64,000 bases of DNA from the human T2T-CHM13v2.0 reference genome, Homo sapiens: assembly GCF_009914755.1 (NCBI RefSeq), contig NC_060942.1. One strand, 5' to 3'. Under the pieces are notes generated by a model. It was given only the letters and a program-made list of their open reading frames with translations. It was not told where the DNA came from and did not search any database. Position numbers and translations under genes: made by a program. Shown here in pieces: positions 54,261 to 64,000 of the stretch. Position 1 is the stretch's first letter, and each line of letters opens with the position of its first letter.

Positions 54261-54739
54261 ATCCTGCTCTGTTTTGATGAGGGAACATCAGATATGCTTC
54301 CTGTGCTGAACACCCTCTCAAGAGTAAAAGCCTCAGCCATCCTGGTGGCCTCCCAAACCTGAAGGATCCCCAGTGACCTCTGGCCTCATCTCTGGATGAT
54401 GCCCTGTCCTTCCCCCAGGCTGTTTCCCAAGCCCACCTAGCAGCCCTGATGTCCTTCTCTATCTGCCTGGTGTCCCCGCTTCACCAGGACTTCATATAAA
54501 GTCAGATCTTCAGAAAGGACTTCTCTGTTATTCCTACAAAATCTGCAGTTCCTCCCCTGTCTCTGAATCCCTCACTTGGCCTGCAGTCTTTCTTCTCTGC
54601 TGTATATTGAGCATCCGGAAATGCCACCTGGCACATAGTAGGTGCTTAGTATTTGCCAAATGAATGAAAGAAAACTATACTGAACTATAAACTAAGACTT
54701 CTGAGAGTTAGTGACATTTTTAGATATGAATTTATAGCC

Positions 54740-55180
54740 AGATTCCTACCAAATTCTAATTCTATTTGTTTTCAGTAGATTCTCCTGGGTTTCCTGGTAT
54801 ATAATCATATCATCTACAAATAATGACAGTTTTCCTGTACTCCCCCCCTTCTTTCCCTTTTCATATTTTTTAGTATAATAAATAACAGGGGTGATAGCAA
54901 CAGCTTTATCTTGCTTCTGACCTTCCATCAAGTGTCTCTGAAATTCCACCATGGATGGTAAGTTAATGTTGGCTTTAGATCTGAGGGATGAATTTTGTCA
55001 TGCTGAAGAAGTACCATGGGCTCCTGTTTTACTTAGGACGTTTTGGTTAAAACCAAGGAAGAATGAAGGGTTAATGCTCTTCAGCCCCCTTCAGCACCTA
55101 CTGGGTATTAAGCTTTCTCTTTGACTCCTTAGTGTGGGAATTATGTGGATGGGTTTCCTACAACTGGACCGTCCTTGTGT
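54740..55180 (-). mobile_element. Decayed L1ME ORF2 (RT domain) fragment
   Basis: ORF 54746-54952 contains KLSLFVDDMIIY, the L1 RT 'LSLFADDMIVY' motif. Confidence 0.8.
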
Positions 55181-57396
55181 CTTTACCTTTTAAACCCAGA
55201 TGTGCCCCTGTGATGTGCAGCGAGCCCCTGTGGGCAGGGCCGGCCATGTCCCCTCGTCCCTTCGTCCCCTCGGGAGGCTTGCTGGGAACTGAGGCTGGCC
55301 GCGGTGGCAAGCTTCCCAGCGAGCCACTCAGGATGGCTTATTGTTTCTGAATTAAACAAACGAAGAATGAGATTCAATTAGAGGCAGCATAATGTAAACC
55401 GAGATGGATTTATATTTAGCAAGGCAGAGACATGTGGGAAAGAATGAAACTTCCTTCGTTTCAGAATTGGGAAGTCGGCTTTGAAGTGTGGGGCTGGGCT
55501 TTCTGGATGCTGTCTTCACCTCCCCCAGACGCGCCCCCAGATGTTTCCCTCGAGATACTAAACTTCTTGGGAAAGCAGCAGAATTCAGTGGGCAGCGAGC
55601 TTCTGAGGCTTGCACGTAGGAGCCTCGCTGTCTCTGTTAAAGCCACTTGCAAGGACGAAGCCACATTGTCCCCATTTCCTCATTTCCAAATGGGCTGATG
55701 GAACCTCAAAATCCTGGTATAATGTGATTAAAGAAGAAAAGAATAGATTTTTTTAAATGATGAAGATGTCACTACATTGAATTTACTTTTCCAAGCCAAA
55801 TTCTAGAGAGTGCCTTACAGGGGAACAACACCCTCTTTGTTATAATTCTGTTTGGGTCGGCTTTCAGCAGGCAAATGAGATGGGAGGAGATTTCATGGAT
55901 GTTTCTTAGTTGAGAAGAGTACATGAATGTGAAACCCACAATAGCAATAGCAAGGACCAGCACAGGACGAAGCCCGCCGCCGACTGAGTGCCAAGTGTCA
56001 TAGTCTGTAGTTTAATCCCCGCATCTAACTGTCCTCATGAGGTGGGTGTCGTCAGCCTGGTTAGGGCTGCTTGCTGCAGTGTCAGCAGCTGGGCAGGGCA
56101 GTGGGTCTTAACCAGGAACAGAAAGACAGGAGACTTGCTTCTTTCTCTCCCAGACCTGTGTCTTTGGGGTTGTCCATAATCTCTTCTGGTTTGCTGGGGC
56201 CTGTCTTTTTGTAAGAGGACAGCCTGTTCCATGGAGATGCCATTCGTTTGCAGGGAGCTGCCCTGAGGGAAGGAATCAGGAGGGAATTACTGACACAGAT
56301 TTGTAGGGGTGACTTTATTTTGTACAGGGATTTTAGAGTTTATAGCAGGAAGAAAGCAAATGCGAGTCCAGGGCTCTGGTTGCCTGGGTAAAGAAAAATT
56401 GAGTTGCTCATGCTTCCAGAGTAAGAAGGAAGTGTTAAGCTGGTGACCAGCGTGTCTCCTTTGGGGAGCGTCTGGGAGCACCCTAGGGGAGAGGCAGCCA
56501 GGCCTACAAAATGTCCCAGAACTGCCTCTGGGGAAGCCAAATCTAGAGCCCACCCTCCAGGAAAGAAGAAAATTTTGGATGAGCAGAAACAAAGTCTTCC
56601 TGGAAAATAATTTCAACATGGACCCTGCATTTCTTTAATCCCTTTGCCTAAAGGAGTATTATGTTGCTTTGGAAAAGAAGCAGAAACTTGTTCAAATGTT
56701 TTTTTTAATTAATTATGTTTTTCTAAACACTAAAGCATCATGACTTTGTGCTCCCTCCTCCTCACTTCCCCTCTCTTCTCTCTGCCCTTTTCCCCCTCTC
56801 CCTGCTCCCTCCCCCTAGAAAGCGTAGACTGGGGCTGAACTAGTTAATGGAGACCAGCCTTCACACAGGGGCATCTGTGGGACAAAGGGTCTTCTGCAAT
56901 CATGGTGTTTTAGGAAGATTAGGAAAAATGAATAACTTCCTTGAAAAAATTGGTTCGGAGGATTGTTTTCTTCGTTATACCTCTGGAAAAAATTCAGTGA
57001 TACTGCATGAAGGGAAAAGAATTAATACAGCTCTTCCTCCCCTTTTCTTTATTTTTATATCCAGGAGTCACTGGAAAAATCAGACCTTTTCCCATATCAC
57101 AGACCCAGCAGCAGTTTGGGCGTGCTCTTGCCTGTGTATAGAAAGCATGTCAAGACCGATTAAATTATCTAATTAAAATAATGACCACAGAGAGCCTGTT
57201 TATTTTGGCCTGAGGAAGGTCAGCTCCATGGGCCCCTTCTGTCCTGCTGAGGTCCCTCCCCAGCCACAAGCATACACAAGACCTATGATGACCTGGCTTC
57301 TAATAACCTGCTCCCAGTAATGTCAGAGTGGGTCTTATGCCACCAGTGGGGACAGGACTCACTCCAGCTGAGACAAAAGATCGTTCTTTAAGACTC

Positions 57397-57540
57397 TCTA
57401 GACACCGTCTTTGTATCTGTATCTATATCCCTCTAGACATCCATCTTTGTATCAGCATCTGTATCTGTATCAGTATCTGTACTGATACTGTACTTTGTAT
57501 CAATATCTGTGTTGAATCAGTACTTTGTATCAGTATCTGT
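57397..57540. repeat. Degenerate minisatellite built on 'ctttgtatca.tatctgt'
   Basis: ctttgtatc recurs at ~57409, 57446, 57494 and 57523. Confidence 0.8.
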
Positions 57541-58301
57541 TCACCACAGCAACTTGAAGTGTGAAAAGTTCTGGCAAGGGTTATTTTTAATCTACACCAA
57601 TATGGACAATTGTTTGACTGAGCTGACTACAGTCTTGGGTGCTTTTTGCATCATGAAGATAAAACCTAAGATCCACAGAGCATGTTGACCGGTAACAAGT
57701 GAAGAAAACGCTGCCAGAATATTTTTTACACAGTACTAGGTAATCATTTGGACTAATTTGTCATGAGATTATTGGGCTGTCTTGACAATGTGCAGGCTCA
57801 GCCCAGTGAAGGGCACATTCCCGGGACCCTGTGTCACCCCTGAGGATGCAGGGTATTAATGAGGGCTCATTACAGTCAGGCTAGATCAGGGTTCTTTGGC
57901 CTGCGGTAAGATCTGGGAGCAGAATGTAAATATGCTACACATGATTTAATTTCAAAGAAGCCCCGGAGGAATGCACTGAGCCTGTCAACACTGCAAACCC
58001 AGTGCAGGGTGTAAGCCCTGTGCAGGGTGTAGAAATGCTTCTGTGGCTTTAGAGACTTGCTGTTTGGTCTTGCAGTTATTGAACAAAGTGCTCCCTTTTG
58101 GGGGTGGTTGGTTCAATATCCTGTAAGTCCTTAGAATGGAGGCCACAGCCTTGGAAAGCCAGAATGTAAAGCCTCATTCTTATTTTCTCACATGGTCCCA
58201 GGAGATGACGGCTGGATGAGCACTCTTCAGAGGGGAGCAGGGAGGCAGCGGTTTATGCAAGGGAAGGGCAAATGATGCAGCAACAGGCGAGAAATAAAAA
58301 T

Positions 58302-58303
58302 TG

Positions 58304-58346
<43 letters not shown>

Positions 58347-58510
58347 TCCTTCCTTCCTTCCTTCCTTCCTTCCTTCCTTCCTTCCTTCCTTCCTTCCTAC
58401 CTCCCTCCCTCTCTCCCTTCCTTCTCTGCTTCCTGTCTTCCTCTTCTCTTTCTTCTTTCCTCTTTCCCTCCTCTCTCTCTCCCTCTGTTTTTCCTTCCAT
58501 CCTTCCTCCT
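58302..58510. repeat. (CCTG)n-(CCTT)n microsatellite and pyrimidine tract
   Basis: About 10 CCTG units then about 13 CCTT units, followed by CT-rich low complexity. Confidence 0.95.
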
Positions 58511-58709
58511 ACATTTAATGAGTAACTGCTATGAGCTACGAGTGTTAGATTTGTGATATTCAATAATATTAACACTGATTAACATTTTTATGAAATTCTT
58601 TAAAGTTTGGCATCAACCATCTTACCTTGGGATATAGGAGGAGAAAAGGAGAGCAAAGTGTGAGTTTCTGTAGGAAAAATTTTTACAAAATGGTATCGAG
58701 ATTATTTTT

Positions 58710-58955
58710 CAATTTTGGGTGCTCTTCATTTCTTTGTGTAGATCTAGATTTCCACCTAGTATAATTTTCCTTCTGCCTAAAGAATTTCCTTAAACATTTT
58801 TTGTAGTGCGGCTCTGCTGGAGGTGAATTCCTTCAGCTTTTGTATGTCCGAAAAAGTTTTTATTTTGCGTTCATTGTTGAGAGATTTTTTTTTTCTGGGT
58901 GTAGATTTCCAGGTCAACAGTTTTTTTTTTTTCCTTTCAATTATTTAAAGATTGT
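58710..58955 (-). mobile_element. Old L1M fragment (antisense)
   Basis: 'gctcttcatttctttgtgtagatc..ttttccttctgcctaaagaatttcc..ctgctggaggtgaattcc..cagcttttgtatgtc'. Confidence 0.65.
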
Positions 58956-59331
58956 GAACTGTTTCTTATTTATCCTTCCAGAAATTTTCATTGCATTTGA
59001 AAGCGTAGACTTGAATCTATATTTGTTTTTGTTAAAGAAGAATGGGCTGATTTCAGTGCCCATCTGTCGTTCTGCTTCCTGATGCTCCTTTGGGATCTTT
59101 GCCTGTCGTTGCACACTGAACTATACTCGTTCATTTTCTCGGATGCACGGCGCACACGTGCTTACTGTGTCTCATTCAACCAATCCCTTACTGTGGGAAG
59201 TTTAGATTTTTTGCCTTCTATATTTTTGTTGTTGTTGTAACAGTGTTCTTATTGGTATATCTTTATGTTGTACTGCTCTTAAAATGCTTTCTTGTTTGTG
59301 GGAGTGGACTGCATTCATTTTTTTCTATTCT

Positions 59332-59525
59332 TTAAAAAATTTTTTTTATTTTACTTTAAGTTCTGGGATACATGTGCAGAATGTGCAGGTTTGTTACGTA
59401 GGTATACATGTGCCATGGTGGTTTGCTGCACCTACCAACCTGTCATCCAGGTTTTAGGCCCCACATGCATTAGGTATTTGTCCTAATGCTCTTGGGGGGT
59501 GGGGGGCAAGGGGAGGGAGAGCATT
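59332..59525 (-). mobile_element. Very short L1PA insertion with 5' inversion (twin priming)
   Basis: Antisense L1PA 3' UTR to 'tcctaatgctct', then sense G-tract 'ggggggtggggggcaaggggagggagagcatt'; flanking catttttt(c)ctattct repeat. Confidence 0.85.
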
Positions 59526-60406
59526 TTTTTCCTATTCTAAAATTTTTAGTATTCCTCCAGCATCACCCTTCCTCCTCACCTACCCACTGTCTGTCCCTCT
59601 ATGATCTGCTATACGGAAACATCTACAGGATGTTTTGTGTTGAGCGGATGAATACATGAGTGAATGAATGATGGGGGGTCGGCGGGGAAATGCCAGGCAA
59701 TTGCAGCAGCTGTTGCTCAGTGCCCCTTCCTCAGAATGGCAGGCAAGCCAGTGAGTTGAGCACATGGCAGGAAGCTGCACAGGCCTTGGCGAGACCAGCT
59801 CCTGAAGTGTCATCTGTCATTTTTGGTTTTCCCATTCGGTGGCTGTCTTCCAAAGCATGAAGTCATTCTTAGAGCTCTGGCATCAAGGTGCTGACCCATT
59901 CTGTGAAGCCCTGGGTTGGTCTTCCTGGGGTGCTTGGCACTAAGCAAAGGGCAGAGGGTGAGAGCCAGGGAGGCCCACAATAGAAACAGATAAAGTGCTT
60001 CAAGAAAGCCCGCCCCATCCTGCACTGGCAGGCTCTGAAATGATAGCCTATCATTTTGCACACAAAAAGGGGAAGAAAACCAACAGTGCAAATGGAAAAA
60101 CTGTCCACCGTGTCCAGAGGAGGGTCTGATATGTCAGACTTGTGTGCCAGAGAGAAACCCCGGGAACAGATTGACCTCCAAACCAGGTTACCAGGCCTCC
60201 TACCCCAGATTCCTCTCCTGCTCAGATGCCAGATGCAGGGGCAAACACCTGGGGCTGGGGGCTGCACTTCTGCATCATGGGCACTGCTCCAGAGTCTAGC
60301 ACCTGTAGACTAGGAAGAGGGCCACACAAGGGGCTTGGGGAGTTAACCCACATGACAGCTGGATTATTCAGCCTCAGATGGACATAGGTGCTGGATGGAA
60401 TGCCAG

Positions 60407-60801
60407 TGCTGTAGTTTGAATCTTTGATCCCTAAAACCTCATACTGAGATCTGATCCTTGATGTTGGAGGTGGACCTGGGGGAGGTGTTTGGGTTGTGGG
60501 AGTGGATCCCCCAAGGCATGAATGTCTTCATGCCTTTCTCACAGCGCGAGAGCTGCTTGTTACAATGAACCTACCCCCTACCCACCCCTCTCTTGCTCCC
60601 TCTTTCCTCATGTGATCCCCACAGGCCAGCTCCCCTTTGTCTTCCACCATGAGTGGAAGCTTCCTGAGGCCTCACCAGAAGCAGATGCTGGTGCCATGCT
60701 TCCTGTACAGCCTGCAGAACTGTGAGCCAAATAAACCTCTTTTCTCTGTAAATTACCCAGCCTCGGGTATTCCTTTCTAGCAACACAGTTGGACTAAGAT
60801 A
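60407..60801 (+). mobile_element. MST (MSTB-like) MaLR solo LTR
   Basis: 'gaggcctcaccagaagcagatgctggtgccatgcttcctgtacagcctgcagaactgtgagccaaataaacctc'; 5-bp TSD gccag. Confidence 0.9.
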
Positions 60802-60834
60802 GCCAGGCAGTGGGAAGTTGGGAGACACCAAGCT

Positions 60835-60961
60835 AGCCAAGTGGTCTTGTCAGTTTTTATTAGAATGCTTGGAATCATCTTAATGTAGTTTGCATTAAGC
60901 CAAGTGGTCTTGTCAGTTTTTATTAGAATGCTTGGAATCATCTTAATGCAGTTTGCATTAA
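60835..60961. repeat. 63-bp tandem duplication (2 copies, 1 mismatch) followed by (CA)n
   Basis: agccaagtggtcttgtcag...gtttgcatta repeated directly; atgtag vs atgcag. Confidence 0.95.
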
Positions 60962-63900
60962 CACACACACACACACACGCACACACACACATGCACACTC
61001 TCACCCTCTTCATAGAGCAATAATCCCTGACTAAAAGTTGATGTGAGCAAATTAACTTTCTTTTAATTTCTTAACCTCTACAACCAAGATTAAATCTATG
61101 CTTCATTGTTCTATTTCCAGAAAAAAGGAAAGATGACCATTCCCTTCTGTGCATGGAGGACCTAGTTTTTGGTTTTTCTGCAGTTGCTGCAACCACACTG
61201 TTTACTTAGATGCTCAGTTGCTAAGAGGGAGGCCAAGGGGGCAGGCTGTTGGGATTCGTGATTGGGGTGAAAAGACAGGGAGAGAGAAGGAGGAGGAGGA
61301 AAAGGAAGAGAGAATGATCATGCCCCGGAGGTTTCAGATATCTGTGTGTCTCAGGTTGCATTCCAAAGCCAACCTCTCCCTTGGCATAGGAAAGACTGCT
61401 TTGGATAATCTGAGGCTCTGCCGTCAGCCAAGCTGTAGCCAGATGAGCTGTAACTCAGTTTACCCAGAGGTTCTTGGAAGTTACATCGTGAGGGGATGGG
61501 AGTTGACCAGGTAGTATGTCAATTTATGTAAACAAAGCTGATATCCTTTGTTAAATCAAGCATTCTCTGAACGTATTTGTCTGTAGAACTTTTCGTATTT
61601 TTAAAATATTTTTTTAAGTAAAACATACTGATATCCCATGGAACTCTGTCTCCAGAGCCAGACTGCTGAGGAAAGATTCCTATGACCACAGCAGGCAGCA
61701 GGAAGTGCTTTTCAGAATGGAAGCGTCACTGGATGTCATTTGGAAAGTCCTGTCTTACCCAGAAGATGCTCAAGGAAGTTCACTCATTAGGCGGTGGCTC
61801 ATTCTTATTTTCCACACCTCTGAGTAGTTTGTAGACGTAAAGATGTGGTCCCAAATTTCAACCAAGTAGCCTCAAAGATGAGAGTACGCAGTTAGACATG
61901 AACATACATATTCCATGAACATGGTTGATTTTGCGGATTGCTACCAATAAAAAGTTCTATCACATTTACTTTTAAAATTAGATTTGAAGTTAATTTCATT
62001 TTGACATGATTTGAGATGATTTTATGTAACATCATCTAAAAAGTTAAGATTAGAGTGGATTAAAATAAACAGAACTGGGAATACTTTATTCACTCAGTCA
62101 CTCACTCAAGTTTGTCTAAATGGATGTCCAGATGATCAAAAAGACGGCATCTGTCCGTGTAGTCTAAAGTCACACAGACATTCGTATTTTCTGAAGATCA
62201 AGAATTACAAATCCATACGCTGTACAAATTCCATAGAGGTTAAACCTCACCTCGTAAATAGGTGTTGACTTTTAAAACTGACAATCAGACATTCCAGCTG
62301 CATGCTGATAAAACTGTCATTCCTCCCTAGTTTTTGTTAGAATCCAGTGAATACTAAAAAAAAGTTAAAATCCTGCCTTCATGAGTTACTGAGTGAGACA
62401 ATCCAAGTGGGAGGTGCGGCCTCCACAGCCCACACCCCAGCTGGTCCACCTGCAGGCTGCCTCTGCCAGGCCCAGGCTGTGTGTCCATGGGGCAAACCGC
62501 TCACCTGGAGTCCCTGAGGAAGGGAGCACACAGGCGGCCCCCTTCAGAGCCTGGATGTCCTGGGAGAGACACGGCATTTCTGGGAGTGATTACCTTGTGC
62601 AGGAAGGGACAGCCCACTGGGGACAGCCCTAAGTGGGGAACTGCCTGACCTGCAGTTGCCCAAACGCCATGGAATCAACCAGACCCAGGAGCCTCACAGC
62701 CCCTCTCTTCCTTTAAAGCTCCCTACATACCTCCTCCAACCCATATCACACCCACCCTGCCTAGCACAGGCCACAGAAATAGCTGTCCCCAGGCCACGGA
62801 CATGAGGCAGAGCAGGTGGAGACAGGAGAGAACAGAAGCCAGGGGGCATCTGCGGAGGAAATGGTGGGGATACAAAGGAAAACCTCCCAGGTCTGCAGCG
62901 GGAGCGGCAGAGCATCGGCTTTTCTGCTGACAGTTGCAGATGCATCTCTGGACCAGGAGTGCAAAGCTCTGAGTTCTGGTCCCCGCTCTGTCACCAAGCT
63001 CCAAGGTGATCTCTGGCTAATCACTCCCTTCTCAGTGAAATAATGGGACAGGGCCAGATAACCTGCAAACTGGTGCCTCCCGCCCTTACCCAGCTCCCCT
63101 GGGAGGGGGCTCCTTCCCGGGGTTCCTCCAAATGTGACCTGTGCGGCAGGCCTGTGCTTATGCTCAGAGCTACACCGTCACATTGCACAGGGAAACCTCG
63201 ATTCTGGGTGTCGTTAGGACACAACGAAGGCCTAAGCATGCCCGAGCCCCTGGTGACTCCACTAGGCGGGCACAGGAGTGTCTCAGAGATGTTTCCCTCC
63301 TGAGCACCGGCCCTCTTCCCGTTCCCTGCTAATCTCTGTGTTCTCACTGGGCTGAGCACCTTTGTTCTTGGCATGGGAATTTCCATGTGTTGAATATGCT
63401 TAAAACATTTTTTGAGAGGTTGCCTTTCTAAATATTTTGGTTCTTAACTCGAGAGTTTTGCTGCTTTTCAGAGTTGGTTTCCTTTTTATGTGCTAAACTC
63501 TTGCTGGGAGAGATCAGAGTAACCACCTGTGCCGGTGGAATTTCAAGTCTACCACAGAGGATAAAAGCCACAATAGTGGCTGGAAAGAAATGAGAGTGAG
63601 AAGTCCTGTCTGCACCCCTTCCCTGCTCTGTTTTTCTGCACAGAGGGCAAATGTGAAAGTGGAAACCATAATATTGCCCCGCAGAATGAAAACATCTGGG
63701 GTTTGGCTCCTTTTTCCTGTCTTTGGACAACATTTATTATCATCTTGAGATTTAACACACCTATTTTTGCCAAGCAAATGGTGTTATGATGGTGAGTGAG
63801 ATGACAAGTGCAGCCGCAGAACCCTCACCGGCTGTCTCCCTTCCTGAGCGTCTCTGAACTGACTGGCCCTTGGTGAAACTTCAGCCAACTAGGGCTTCAT

Positions 63901-64000
63901 TCCTTTCTCTGTCAGCCTTGCGAGTCTTGGACATGCTTTTCTCACTGAGTTGTCAGCGTCTCTGGGTTTTCTCATTGTGCACTGTGCACAGTGCCGGGCA

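Noticed and set aside
54746-54952. Reverse-transcriptase motif (LFVDDMII)
   Set aside because: Short dead L1 ORF2 remnant, not an intact or novel RT system
57397-57540. Repeat-spacer pattern resembling CRISPR
   Set aside because: Degenerate GTATCT-based minisatellite in primate DNA; no unique spacers or cas genes
58180-58575. Glu/Gly/Arg/Lys-rich ORF
   Set aside because: Translation of the (CAGG)n/(AAGG)n repeat strand
63979-63994. 16-bp perfect palindrome gcactgtgcacagtgc
   Set aside because: About one such palindrome is expected by chance in a window of this size

Overview
Primate (very likely human) genomic DNA: 11 dimeric Alus (AluJ, AluS and one AluY), one monomeric Alu, L1, L2, MIR, MER DNA-transposon and LTR relics. 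I recognise no protein-coding exon, tRNA/rRNA or processed pseudogene. The ORF track is explained by chance, simple repeats, Alus and decayed L1 ORF1/ORF2, and I cannot name the locus. The window looks like an intergenic or lncRNA regulatory region. It has a CpG island (~27.55-28.4 kb) with outward-facing splice donors, further CpG-enriched patches (~4.9-5.6, ~40.65-41.45 and ~42.9-43.3 kb) and several homeodomain-motif-dense patches. The most unusual structure is a set of short, high-identity local copies of flanking sequence: a 104-bp inverted pair (135-238 / 606-709), a ~115-bp direct pair bracketing an AluJ like a giant target-site duplication, a 155-bp direct pair 1.6 kb apart, a 73-bp inverted pair at an L1 truncation point, and a 63-bp tandem pair. 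There is also a twin-primed mini-L1 and a two-piece inverted L1 patch. These look like DNA-repair or retrotransposition scars. I found no convincing new gene-encoded system. Repeat subfamily names come from my recall of consensus sequences, not from a RepeatMasker run.
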